From an uncultured Chloroflexia bacterium (GTDB lineage: Bacteria; Chloroflexota; Anaerolineae; Anaerolineales; UBA4823), in assembly GCA_963822175.1 (NCBI GenBank), contig CAWGGJ010000004.1, positions 107,349 to 171,348 on the forward strand: a stretch of 64,000 nt of DNA. Reading direction: 5' to 3'. The notes beneath the pieces are model-generated. The model searched no databases. It saw only the letters and a program-made list of their open reading frames with translations, and was not told where the DNA came from. The translations under genes and the position numbers were made by a program. Of this stretch, positions 20,024 to 29,958 are shown piece after piece (position 1 is the stretch's first letter; every line of letters starts with the position of its first letter).

Positions 20024-21253
20024 GTGAAAATGATTGATGAAGAGTTAATTAATGCAATAGCAAATCGAGATGATGAGCATCCTGCTCTGGCAAGATTAAT
20101 TGAGCTTGGCAGGCAAAAATCGTTTGTTACTATTGATGATATTCTGAGCTTTTTCCCTGAAGCTGAGCAGGATGTTGATCAGCTGGAGGAAGCCTTCGCT
20201 GCGCTGATCAGTGCAGGGATTCCATATGTCGATGATGTGACTATTGGCACACCGACAGAGGATGAGCTGACTGCAGTTGAGGAAGAGGAAGTTGAAGAGG
20301 AAACTCGTCGGGCAGTCGTTGTTGATGATAATTACCTTGCCAATATAGACACCGATGATACCATCGGTCTATACCTGAAAGAGGTTGGACGAGTTCCCCT
20401 CCTGACTGCTATAGAGGAAGTCCAATTAGCTCAGCGGATCGAACGCGGGAGGTTATCCCGTGAGGAGCTCGCAAAAGGAAATGTGAATTTACGAAGAAGA
20501 GCAGAGCTTCAAATGTTAATTGAAGATGGTTGGTTGGCACGTGAACATCTCATCACTGCTAACTCACGCCTCGTGATCAGTGTTGCCAAGAAATATATGG
20601 GACGTGGTGTACCTTTCCTTGATCTCATTCAAGAAGGAAATATCGGTTTAATCCGGGCGGCAAAGAAATTTGATTATCGGCGCGGTCACAAATTCAGCAC
20701 CTATGCAACTTGGTGGATCAGGCAAGCTGTCACACGCGCCATTGCGGACCAGGGGCGAACAATCCGTGTTCCTGTACATATGGGTGACCAAATCAATAAA
20801 CTACTGCGTGTGCAACACCAGTTAACACAACGCTTAGGCCGGGATCCTTCTGTTGATGAACTGGCTGAAGCATTGGAAGTCACACCTCAAAAAGTAGAGA
20901 ATATGATCCAGGTGGCAAGACGACCATTATCATTGGAGACTCCAACTGATGATGAAGAGGATTCGGTTCTAGGGGATTTTATCCAGGATGAAGAAGTGCC
21001 TGCACCTGACGAGACTGCCACCTATAATCTATTACGCGAACATCTCGATATTGTGCTAAATGGATTACCGCCAAGAGAAGTGCGCATCCTGCAATTACGG
21101 TATGGATTACTGGATGGACAGGCATACACTCTAGAAGAAGTGGGTCGAAAGATGGGCGTTACAAGGGAGCGTGTCAGGCAAATTGAAGCTCAGGCACTCA
21201 GCCGTTTGCGCCATCCTGCCATCCGTCGCAGGTTGCGTGAATACCTGGGTTAA
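20024..21253 (+). CDS. rpoD: Primary RNA polymerase sigma factor (sigma-70 / SigA)
   Basis: Regions 1.2 to 4.2 are present: IGLYLKEVGRVPLL, ANSRLVISVAKKY, DLIQEGNIGLIRAAKKFD, YATWWIRQA, TLEEVGRKMGVTRERVRQIE. Confidence 0.93.
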   Translation: MKMIDEELINAIANRDDEHPALARLIELGRQKSFVTIDDILSFFPEAEQDVDQLEEAFAALISAGIPYVDDVTIGTPTEDELTAVEEEEVEEETRRAVVVDDNYLANIDTDDTIGLYLKEVGRVPLLTAIEEVQLAQRIERGRLSREELAKGNVNLRRRAELQMLIEDGWLAREHLITANSRLVISVAKKYMGRGVPFLDLIQEGNIGLIRAAKKFDYRRGHKFSTYATWWIRQAVTRAIADQGRTIRVPVHMGDQINKLLRVQHQLTQRLGRDPSVDELAEALEVTPQKVENMIQVARRPLSLETPTDDEEDSVLGDFIQDEEVPAPDETATYNLLREHLDIVLNGLPPREVRILQLRYGLLDGQAYTLEEVGRKMGVTRERVRQIEAQALSRLRHPAIRRRLREYLG

Positions 21254-21269
21254 TGTTCATAATATACTA

Positions 21270-21297
21270 CCAGCGAGCAAAGTCTCGCTGGTTTTTT
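21270..21297 (+). terminator. Rho-independent terminator after rpoD
   Basis: CCAGCGAG-caaagt-CTCGCTGG followed by TTTTTT. Confidence 0.8.
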
Positions 21298-21298
21298 A

Positions 21299-22168
21299 TT
21301 GAAAACAATCATGCCTACATCAGTCGATTACTTGATCTCAGCTCAACACGATTCGGGAGGCTGGGGTTACTCCACGGGGAGTAAACCAGTGGTCGAACCA
21401 ACTGCAGTGGCGTTATTGGCATTACAGACGGACCCTGGTGCAGAATTATCGTTTCAAAAAGGCATTTCCTGGTTGTTGGGTGGTCAAAATAAAGATGGTG
21501 GATGGGGAATCAATGAAAATGATCCAGAAAGCGGATGGCAGACAGCCTGGGCAGTCATTGCATTGCGAAAAGTAAAACAGGATAGTGATGCAATTTCCAG
21601 GGGGATGGATTGGCTTACTTGTGTAGGTACCAACCAGGTTTCCCAGGAGGAGTTCAAAAAACAAGATATCCCACTGAATGATGATCCCGGGGCAATTGTT
21701 TGGCCATGGCTACCAGGCCAGGTGTGTTGGATAGAGCCGACTGCAATGGCTGTATTGGGATTAGAGAGTAGAGATTATTCACCATTGGCTTCAAGTCGAA
21801 TAAAAGCTGCTGTGGAATATTTTATCAAATACAGAACTCCGATAGGTGGCTGGGATATTGGCAATGCTGGACCGCTGGACACGAATGTTCTACCACGAGC
21901 ATACCCAACCTCATTAGTGCTGATGGCACTCAACCTGGTGGCACCTCAAGCCATTATTAGCAATGATATATCTGCTCTTAAGCAGGACATGATGTCTGAT
22001 CAAAGTGTGCTTTCACTATCCAGTGGATTGCTAGCGATCCGTTGCTTGGGTGAAAGTGCTGATGAGGTGGAGTTATATATTAAGGACAAGCAAAACGCAA
22101 ATGGCAGCTGGGATAATAATCCATTTTTTACTGGTTGGGCAATGATGGCCATCCGGGGGTATTTGTAA
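21299..22168 (+). CDS. Prenyltransferase / squalene-oxidase (terpene-cyclase-like alpha-alpha toroid) repeat protein
   Basis: Four repeats ending in GGWG/GGWD/GSWD (QHDSGGWGY, NKDGGWG, PIGGWD, ANGSWD). No signal peptide is visible. The likely start is the ATG at 21311, since the TTG at 21299 overlaps the rpoD terminator. Confidence 0.65.
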   Translation: MKTIMPTSVDYLISAQHDSGGWGYSTGSKPVVEPTAVALLALQTDPGAELSFQKGISWLLGGQNKDGGWGINENDPESGWQTAWAVIALRKVKQDSDAISRGMDWLTCVGTNQVSQEEFKKQDIPLNDDPGAIVWPWLPGQVCWIEPTAMAVLGLESRDYSPLASSRIKAAVEYFIKYRTPIGGWDIGNAGPLDTNVLPRAYPTSLVLMALNLVAPQAIISNDISALKQDMMSDQSVLSLSSGLLAIRCLGESADEVELYIKDKQNANGSWDNNPFFTGWAMMAIRGYL

Positions 22169-23185
22169 ATGCCTGTAAGTACCATAAACCGACGAACATT
22201 CATTCGGTTAGCCTTGCTTGGAGGAATCGGTGCTGGTTTGGCTTATATCCAACATCAAACAGCAGGACTGGGAATGTGGAACTTCCTACGGTGGAGTATA
22301 CGAGGGCAATTGAAGAATATCAGCCCCCCAGCGATCGTTGGATTGTAAAAATGCAATTCATATGATGCGGATCTAGGATTCATACTTCACGACTTATGGG
22401 ATCTATCTGCTATGCCAGATGTACGTGGGAAAAGTATCCTGGTCAAACCAAATCTGCTAGATACAATGGAAGATAACCTTGCTACGACCAATCCCAAAAT
22501 TATCGGTGCAGTTTTGGATCTACTTACTGATCTGGGAGCTACCAATATTATTGTAGGCGATGGTTCTGCTTTCCGTCGGGATACCTATTCAGTTGTCAAC
22601 AACTGCGGATTAGCACAAGAATTGAACACACGGGGTATACCGTTTTTAGATTTAAATTATGATGAATTAGTGCCTGTTCGTCCACGCGATGGCTGGATTC
22701 GAAATACTACCACATTATGGCTGCCAAAACACGTCAGCGAAGCTGATTTCATCCTAACCGTCCCAAAACTAAAAACTCACCATTGGGCAGGTGTGACATT
22801 GGGGTTAAAAAACCTGTTGGGGGTAATTCCTGGGTCCCGTTATGGCTGGCCAAAGAATCTGATCCACATGAATGGAATTAATGCCACCATACTTGGGCTA
22901 TATCGGTCGCTTCCAAAGGTAATATCCATTGCCGATGGGATTATTGGTATGGAAGGTAATGGACCGCTGGATGGATCTCCTGTTGAGCACGGATTATTAG
23001 CTGCGGGTAAAGATGCATTGGCAGTGGACATCATATGTGCCCAGCTGATGGGGTTCTCGATTGAATCCATCCCACACCTGAGTGGTGCTGCCTGGACAGG
23101 TGTTGGTCAGGGCAAGCGCATTGAAACGCGCGGCGCCTCGCCAGAAACGCTTCAACAGCATTACCAACCACCACCAACACTATAA
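22169..23185 (+). pseudogene. DUF362-domain protein with an N-terminal twin-arginine signal, interrupted by an in-frame TAA at 22346-22348
   Basis: The ATG at 22169 gives MPVSTINRRTFIRLALLGGIGAGLAY (Tat-like). The same frame continues through ...PAIVGL-TAA-KCNSYDADL... into track ORF 22412..23185 (ILVKPNLL..., KLKTHHWAGVT, MEGNGP). (22346-22169)/3 is an integer, so the stop is in frame. Confidence 0.7.
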
Positions 23186-23192
23186 AATGAAA

Positions 23193-23217
23193 AGCGGGGG
23201 CTGTATCGGCCCCCGCT
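23193..23217. terminator. Bidirectional hairpin between two convergent genes
   Basis: AGCGGGGGC-tgtatcg-GCCCCCGCT is a 9-bp GC-rich stem. It lies between the DUF362 stop (23185) and the stop of the giant repeat protein (23233). Confidence 0.7.
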
Positions 23218-23232
23218 GTAAACAACTAGCAT

Positions 23233-26200
23233 TTACCTCCGGATCAGCGGATTAAATACCTGATAAACATCTCCGATAATAAACCTCGCATAGGGTGAAT
23301 ATGGTCCCAGTCTGCCACTTCGATCCCGGATGGCAACCCGCCAATAGTAAATCCGGTCAGTGGTATAGGACCATGTGGGCGTATATTCGGTATTGATGGT
23401 TTCCATCAATTCATATAATGGATAGAAGGACGGAAAACGGGATACTTCAAACAGGTAGGTTGATGCCCCATCCACGGGATCCCAGTTAAATGTGGGGGTG
23501 TCCGGAACATTCACATTCACCGGGCTGTTCAATATTGTGACGGGATATCGTTTTTCGAAGGTGGCGTAAGGGCTGTAAGCACCCAGCCTGCCACTTCCAT
23601 CGATCATGGCTACCCGCCAATAGTACGGACCATCCTGGTACCCGAAGGTGGGAGTCCAACAATTATTAAATGTTTCGAAGGTCTCGTAAATGTTATTGAA
23701 GCCTGGATCCAGGCTGACCTGCCCACGGTACCTCCAGGCGGTCAATAGCTGTTCGGGATTGCCATCTCCGGTGATATGACCAGTCACAGAATCCCAACAG
23801 AAAGTGGGGGTATACGTGACAGCCTCATTATTGGGGACTAGATTCTCAGGCACTGGCATGGTCACGGTGAAAACCATCGTTTCAGATTGGTCATTGCCAA
23901 TATTACCCCAGCGATTGACGCGCACCCGCCAGTAATATGTTCCATCTGCAAGCGAGTCTTGAGGGGTGAACGAGTTCATCGGTGTGGTCTGGTTAATGGC
24001 AAGCGAGCCAAAATTTTCATCATCATCAACCTGCAGCCAGTAGGTGCTGGCGCCTTCGGCCATATCCCAGTGGAACGTCGGTGTTGAAATATTCACATCG
24101 GCAAAAAGGTTTTGCGCGGTGAAACCAATTCTATGGAAGCTCCATCCACTTGCCCAGGCACTATTTGCTGCTGGTTTATCTAATCTTGCATATCTTGATT
24201 GGATACGCCAATAATAAATATTATCTCCAATAAGATCATAGGAAAACGTGCCGTGGTTCGTACTAAAGTGCTGTGTATTTGAACTCAATCCGAATGAAGC
24301 TACTTGATTTGTATATATAGCGTCCAAATGTACTTCGAGTAGTGCGCCAATGATCGGATTTGACGCTGAGCTGCCTGTTTGCCAATCCCAAAAGAACGGG
24401 AGGAGAGATGGTATTGTTGATGGATCTCCAGAAACCGTACTCGGTGGAGAAATTAAATTCATTCGGTCAGTAACAGAGGTAAACCGGCTGAGAATGGCAT
24501 CACCAGGTACGGAGGGATCGTCTGGAACTGAATCTTCAATGGTATTTGTTCCTGTATTGATACTAACCAGCATGATCGAGGCACTTCCAGTTACCTGTTC
24601 CATCCCGATAGCACCATTGGGGATTTGTAATTCCACATAGTCATTTTGAGCGAATACTGCTCCATTACTTATCTCACTAAATCTTTGCCCGAATTCCCAA
24701 AATTCATTAATGGAATTCCATTTAAATACCCATGTTTGTTCTGAACTAATACTACCATTGGTCATATCCACATAGATCGCATATTCAGGCTGATGAGCAG
24801 GTATTGTTGAGACTGGAAATTCTCGCTCTGGAGGGGTGGTCGCACCTGAGCCGTCAACGTGATCCAAATCAATATAAATAAGGTAGCTCATGTTCTCCGT
24901 AGTAGTCAATGGCGCGTTGAAACCGATGTACCATAGGCCATCGGCTTGTGAAGCATATAGCTTTGTAAGATCATATGGAGCTACAGCATCATTCGATAAA
25001 TCAAAACCGATTTGCAACTGGTTATCTGAACTTCCAAGTACTCGAGTTTCACGCCACTCGCTTTGAGAAGCTATTTGAAATCTCCACGGTAAACACCAAT
25101 CCCCCCAGTTGTTGTCCACGAAGGCCCTAACCCTCCAATAAAAAGTTCCAAAATTAAGGCGATTTAAAAATCTTTGAGCAATGCTTGTGTCTGGTGCATA
25201 TGCTGGTATATCGGTTAGTACTGACATAATCGAGTCATTAAAATTATCATCCCGACTTATCTCAAATTCATATTGTGTAGCTCCTTCGACAGGCCACCAT
25301 TCGTACAATGGGGTTGCCTCTACAAATTCTTGGGAGTAATTCGGTCGTAACAATACAGGAGGTGCCGCTCCATTCGTCGGTGAAAGTGCAAGGTCGCTAT
25401 CGAAACGGGCTCTCCAGATTTGACTCCAACCATCGGCATTATGTAAAGTAACAATACAATTACCATTAATCGCATCAAGATTACAAACACGCCAGTAGTA
25501 ATCCTGTCCAGGAATTGGATAAAAAGGGTTCTCAGTAGTAGGGGTGGCAATAGTATTTTCTGTATCATACTCCCAGGATAATGGTGGCTCGAAATAAGGA
25601 TTTGTATCCACTTGAATACGGTACGCAACAGAAAATGTTCCACCGACTGGTGCTGGATTCATTACTCTATGCCACATGAAAATCGGGTAGGCAACCGTCC
25701 GATCCTCATAAGGATTCATCTCATAATTACCATAGTTATTGGGAACATAATAATAAAGAGGATAGATCAGGATTGGAGTTATGGAATCATAGAGACTTTG
25801 ATATTCCGCAACATTACTAGTTAATCCCTTCTTTCCACCACCGTCGTAGGGGGTAACACGCCAATAATAATACTTAGTACCATAATATAATGATTGATGT
25901 GTATAGGTTGTGTTTGCTGTATTTGCTTGATCAACAATCTGAATAAAACTAGGATCCTCGGCTATCTGAATATGGTAGTAGGCTGCACCAGGTACGGGTG
26001 TCCAGCTATATAATGGGTATAAGGCAGTCTGGTATAGATTTGTTGGAGTTAGAAGCACAGGCTGCAGGTACCACCTTTTTTGGAAGTGCCAGGTAGCGCT
26101 CCAATCACCCACTGCAGGACTTGATTCCACCCTCACCCGCCAGCAATAGCGAAAATCATTTGGGAATGTATCTGTTGGGACATAGGATGTTTGCCGTACC

Positions 26201-27072
26201 ACTAAACTTGTCCCGACGCTGAAGTCACAGGTTTCATCTGAGGTGTACTCCAGGCGATAATTCTGCGCCCCTTCCACGGCAGTCCAATGGAAGGTGGGGG
26301 TAAAAACCGGGAATGACTCATCAACCGGAGAGAGTAAGGTTGGTACCATATCACCCGTGCCGTACACCATGTCAAAGTAGCGCACGACACTTGAGGCTCC
26401 CAGGTGATCCACTGTATCCATGGGGATTACGCGCCAGTAATAACGACCATTCACCATCCTATTATTTGGTTGCGTAGTAGTGGAAAGTGTTTCGACAGCA
26501 TAAACTATCGTTGAAAACCCTGGATCTGATGCAATCTGAAAGCGATATTTTGCAGCACCTGTCACCCGGGTCCAGGTAAAATTCGGATCGTTAAAGAATG
26601 TCAGGGCAGCTCCATCAATAGGATCCAATAAGTAAGGTTTATTATCATTCGAAGCCCATACTTTGGTAAAACGCATATCCGAACTCCACTCACCCATGGG
26701 TTCTTCCACCCGCACACGCCAATACCATTCACCATCAGCGAATAAATTCCCTCCCGACATGGGAGTGAACGAGGCATTTCGGGAGGTGATATCCAGTGTG
26801 ATTGGCTGGTTAAATCCAGCATCACTATCCACCTGCAGGCGGTATGTGATCGCTCCAGGAACTGCTGACCACTCGAACGAAGGAATGCCTAATGGAGGGT
26901 CGCTGACTGGATTCGTTTCCTGATAATTTGCTGGGTATAACGGTATTGGGGCAACGAGTACTTCACCAGGATTGGCTGTCACAGGGGTAAAAAAACTAAC
27001 GATCATCATGGCGCTAATGATTATTGAAAATATTCGCCAGGATTTAAGGGACAAATCATGCATATTTGACAT
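23233..27072 (-). CDS. 1279-aa secreted protein with about 10 tandem ~95-aa Fn3/Ig-like modules around a central non-repeat domain
   Basis: Signal peptide MSNMHDLSLKSWRIFSIIISAMMIVSFFTPVTA|NPG. Modules share F-x-W-x-x-V-x-G-A-x-x-Y-x-(L/F)-(Q/E)-(V/I)...F...(T/S)-x-(Y/F)-T-P...(Y/W)YWRV(R). The last two modules are near-duplicates (GSGRLGAYSPYATF and RSGRLGPYSPYARF). No C-terminal TM or sortase motif was seen. Confidence 0.8.
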   Translation of the reverse strand: MSNMHDLSLKSWRIFSIIISAMMIVSFFTPVTANPGEVLVAPIPLYPANYQETNPVSDPPLGIPSFEWSAVPGAITYRLQVDSDAGFNQPITLDITSRNASFTPMSGGNLFADGEWYWRVRVEEPMGEWSSDMRFTKVWASNDNKPYLLDPIDGAALTFFNDPNFTWTRVTGAAKYRFQIASDPGFSTIVYAVETLSTTTQPNNRMVNGRYYWRVIPMDTVDHLGASSVVRYFDMVYGTGDMVPTLLSPVDESFPVFTPTFHWTAVEGAQNYRLEYTSDETCDFSVGTSLVVRQTSYVPTDTFPNDFRYCWRVRVESSPAVGDWSATWHFQKRWYLQPVLLTPTNLYQTALYPLYSWTPVPGAAYYHIQIAEDPSFIQIVDQANTANTTYTHQSLYYGTKYYYWRVTPYDGGGKKGLTSNVAEYQSLYDSITPILIYPLYYYVPNNYGNYEMNPYEDRTVAYPIFMWHRVMNPAPVGGTFSVAYRIQVDTNPYFEPPLSWEYDTENTIATPTTENPFYPIPGQDYYWRVCNLDAINGNCIVTLHNADGWSQIWRARFDSDLALSPTNGAAPPVLLRPNYSQEFVEATPLYEWWPVEGATQYEFEISRDDNFNDSIMSVLTDIPAYAPDTSIAQRFLNRLNFGTFYWRVRAFVDNNWGDWCLPWRFQIASQSEWRETRVLGSSDNQLQIGFDLSNDAVAPYDLTKLYASQADGLWYIGFNAPLTTTENMSYLIYIDLDHVDGSGATTPPEREFPVSTIPAHQPEYAIYVDMTNGSISSEQTWVFKWNSINEFWEFGQRFSEISNGAVFAQNDYVELQIPNGAIGMEQVTGSASIMLVSINTGTNTIEDSVPDDPSVPGDAILSRFTSVTDRMNLISPPSTVSGDPSTIPSLLPFFWDWQTGSSASNPIIGALLEVHLDAIYTNQVASFGLSSNTQHFSTNHGTFSYDLIGDNIYYWRIQSRYARLDKPAANSAWASGWSFHRIGFTAQNLFADVNISTPTFHWDMAEGASTYWLQVDDDENFGSLAINQTTPMNSFTPQDSLADGTYYWRVRVNRWGNIGNDQSETMVFTVTMPVPENLVPNNEAVTYTPTFCWDSVTGHITGDGNPEQLLTAWRYRGQVSLDPGFNNIYETFETFNNCWTPTFGYQDGPYYWRVAMIDGSGRLGAYSPYATFEKRYPVTILNSPVNVNVPDTPTFNWDPVDGASTYLFEVSRFPSFYPLYELMETINTEYTPTWSYTTDRIYYWRVAIRDRSGRLGPYSPYARFIIGDVYQVFNPLIRR

Positions 27073-27160
27073 TTCTTCCTCCGTAGGGTTCCTTGATCTA
27101 AAGAAACCACATTAATCATATCTTATAATACGATTAATAAAAAGTGAGATATGAAAATCC

Positions 27161-28441
27161 TTGCAATTTTGTAAATCAATAGATCCTGCATGGTATACTC
27201 GAAATATCCATGGAGCTAAATTGAATCAATCACGTTCCCTTGGTACTATTATAGTAGTCATCCTATCAATAGTGCTCCTATTCGGCCTGGGGTGGGGGGT
27301 TTATCGCTTTGCTGAGAAGAAAATCGGTGGGGAAGGGTTTCGGATCCAATGGATCGGTATTCGCTCACTCGTCACCAGCGGGGAAAGTCCGTATAGTGAT
27401 CCGGTTACTACTCAGATACAGGAAACCATAAAATTCGAACATAGCTTTGCGCAGGGAAATCCTCCCCGATATACAGCTCCATTTTACTCAGCGATCCTGG
27501 TATTTCCTTTTACGGTCATCGAAAATCGGACGATGGCTCATGCCATGTGGTTAACTGCACAGCTAGTGGCTGTTTTCTTGTCCCTACTTATCGGTCTAAA
27601 GATTACTTCCTGGAAACCCCCTTGGTATATATTCCTAATATTTTCATTATTCACCGTATTCAGTTATCATGTCATCATACCCTGGTTGGATGGAAGCCTT
27701 GCAATTTGGGCATCATTATTTGTGATATTAGCATTATTAGCGATTCGCAACGATTGGAATGAGGGTGGGGGCATTCTTTTAGCCTGTTCTACCATCCAAC
27801 CACAAATGACTATCGTCCTTGTAGTTTTTATCTTATTTTGGGCGGCATCTCATCGGAAGAGATCGTTGATCATCTGGTTTTTTATGACATTGATGATCAT
27901 ATCCATTATAGGCCTGTTTCTTGTACCTGATTGGATCGTGCAATACCTTAGATTATTATATAACTTCTCAGCAAATTACCCTCCGGGGAGTCCTGCGATG
28001 CTTTTTCGAAGTTTATGGCCGGGATTGGGAAAACAGCTTGGCTGGTTAATCACCGGATTGTCTATAATTCTCTTGCTTGTTGAATGGTGGTTAGCAATGA
28101 AGAAGGAATTTCGATGGTTTCTGTGGACAGCTTGTTTGACCATCATCCTTAGTCAATGGATCGGAATTCCAACCATTCCTGGTAATTATTTTATTATGAT
28201 CATGCCGCTTATCTTAGTATCTGCAATGCTTGCTGAACGTTGGCCTCATGGTGGGCAGTGGGTTGCTGTGCTAATTACAGCACTGTTGTTCATATGGGAA
28301 TGGGCATTATATTATTATGATTTAACCAGTAATACACCAACGATGCAATTAAAATCTGATCATTCCTCTCCCCCTGATTTTATTACTAGGTCTTTATTGG
28401 GTGCGCTGGTGGGCGATCAAACCCAAACGGTTATTAATTGA
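27161..28441 (+). CDS. Polytopic membrane protein, DUF2029/GT87-like GT-C glycosyltransferase (paralog A1). The 3' end is probably frameshifted.
   Basis: About 10 TM. Carries the family loop motif (STIQPQM, against FKPQ/YKPQ/IKPQ in the paralogs). After the A4 run at 28351-28354 the +1 frame encodes a convincing terminal TM plus basic tail (NLIIPLPLILLLGLYWVRWWAIKPKRLL..), ending at 28469 and overlapping the next gene. The start codon is uncertain (TTG). Confidence 0.6.
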   Translation: MQFCKSIDPAWYTRNIHGAKLNQSRSLGTIIVVILSIVLLFGLGWGVYRFAEKKIGGEGFRIQWIGIRSLVTSGESPYSDPVTTQIQETIKFEHSFAQGNPPRYTAPFYSAILVFPFTVIENRTMAHAMWLTAQLVAVFLSLLIGLKITSWKPPWYIFLIFSLFTVFSYHVIIPWLDGSLAIWASLFVILALLAIRNDWNEGGGILLACSTIQPQMTIVLVVFILFWAASHRKRSLIIWFFMTLMIISIIGLFLVPDWIVQYLRLLYNFSANYPPGSPAMLFRSLWPGLGKQLGWLITGLSIILLLVEWWLAMKKEFRWFLWTACLTIILSQWIGIPTIPGNYFIMIMPLILVSAMLAERWPHGGQWVAVLITALLFIWEWALYYYDLTSNTPTMQLKSDHSSPPDFITRSLLGALVGDQTQTVIN

Positions 28442-28455
28442 GGAGTTAAGGCTTA

Positions 28456-29958
28456 GTGAGACCCGTTAAATTTCACTTCACAATTGAACACTTATGGGGA
28501 TTGATAGCCTTGGTGGGGATTTTTATATTTGTCAATACCCATCCCATCCGCCCTCACGATTTCTGGTGGCATATCGCGGTTGGTAAGGAAATATTATCCA
28601 CCCATCAAATACCGACTACAGATATTTATTCATTTACAGCCAAAGGTCAACCATATCCTTCCTACCAGATGTTCTGGTTGATGGAAATAATCCTGTACGG
28701 AATATATAAAATGGGTGGTCTTGCGTCTGTGATTTTTGTGCACAGCCTTTTTATTACCTCTGCATACATAATCGTATTTTGGATAAGCAAACAAACCTCC
28801 CAAAGTTGGCGGATTGCCGCATTTGCCGTATTATTTGCAGCAGCGCTGGGGTTAAATGATTGGAATGTGCGCCCACAAGGGATCACTTTCTTATTAGGAA
28901 GCTTATTTTTGTTAGCCATCTACCAGTACCAAAAGGAACACCACTGGAAGTGGTTAATTATCTTTCCATTAGGCATGCTGGTTTGGGTTAACAGTCATGG
29001 AACTTTTTTTATCGGACTAGTCCTGATCGGAATCTGGTTCGGACAGGTCCTGTGGGATGCATTAAGGTTGCGACTTGCTGAAAAACAGACGAATGTTGAG
29101 AAAATACTTTTGGCACCGGGAATCAGCCTCGGAATAACCGTATTAGTATGTCTGATAAATCCCCGCGGTCTGGGAATAATTAATTACGTCAACACACTTA
29201 CCAGTAATAGTGTGGTCCAAAATTTGGTTGTAGAATGGGCTGCGCCAACTTTTAATACTATGATGGGGACAATCTTCCTGATCGGATTTGTTATAAGCGC
29301 AGTTGTTCTGGCACTTTCACCCAAACGACCAAATTTCTTTCAACTAACGACTTTTCTTTTTTTCGGTATATTGGGATTGAAGACCTCCCGAGGCAGTGTT
29401 TGGTTCGGATTGGTAATGGCCCCTATCCTGGCTGAGCATGTTTCTTTGATTGTGCATCAATATAAAAAGCCCATAGGCAAACCCGTAAAAGCTGAAGGCT
29501 CAAGAGTATTAAATAATGTATTTCTGGTCACCATCGTCATTATGGGGTTTTTATCTCTACCCTGGTTTAAAAGTATATTGCCTTTGCCTAGTGCAAAAGC
29601 AGGATTGGTGTCCACGGAGACTCCCATCCTGGCAACTGAAGCTTTACTAGAGAAACACCCTGGTGGACAATTATTTAATGCGATATCCTTTGGAAGTTAT
29701 CTCATCTGGGCAGCTTATCCGAAATATCAAGTCTTTGTGGATTCGCGGATTGAGCTATTCCCAGAAAAAGTATGGACAGACTACCTTACAATAAGTAATG
29801 CAGGTGATAATTGGGAGGAATTATTAAAGGAATACGGGGTTAACACGCTGATGCTCAGACCGATTGAACAGGCTGGCTTGGTTGAGGCTGTTCAGGCATC
29901 AGAAGATTGGAAATTGGTTTATGAAGACGCCTCAGCAATTATCTTTGAACGGAAGTAG
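28456..29958 (+). CDS. 500-aa polytopic membrane protein with a C-terminal extracytoplasmic domain (family B, GT-C-like; paralog B1)
   Basis: First-loop motif RPHDFWWHIAVGKEI. About 11 TM, then a soluble tail (FNAISFGSYLIWAAYPKYQVFVDSRIELFP...). Clear paralog of 33669..35203. Confidence 0.6.
   Translation: MRPVKFHFTIEHLWGLIALVGIFIFVNTHPIRPHDFWWHIAVGKEILSTHQIPTTDIYSFTAKGQPYPSYQMFWLMEIILYGIYKMGGLASVIFVHSLFITSAYIIVFWISKQTSQSWRIAAFAVLFAAALGLNDWNVRPQGITFLLGSLFLLAIYQYQKEHHWKWLIIFPLGMLVWVNSHGTFFIGLVLIGIWFGQVLWDALRLRLAEKQTNVEKILLAPGISLGITVLVCLINPRGLGIINYVNTLTSNSVVQNLVVEWAAPTFNTMMGTIFLIGFVISAVVLALSPKRPNFFQLTTFLFFGILGLKTSRGSVWFGLVMAPILAEHVSLIVHQYKKPIGKPVKAEGSRVLNNVFLVTIVIMGFLSLPWFKSILPLPSAKAGLVSTETPILATEALLEKHPGGQLFNAISFGSYLIWAAYPKYQVFVDSRIELFPEKVWTDYLTISNAGDNWEELLKEYGVNTLMLRPIEQAGLVEAVQASEDWKLVYEDASAIIFERK

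Noticed and set aside
22346-22348. Stop-codon reassignment or readthrough of TAA (also at 59547-59549)
   Set aside because: Nearly all well-conserved genes in the window end at ordinary TAA/TAG/TGA codons at the expected family C-termini, and many use TAA. The only supported recoding event is UGA-Sec in fdhA, which has its own SECIS.
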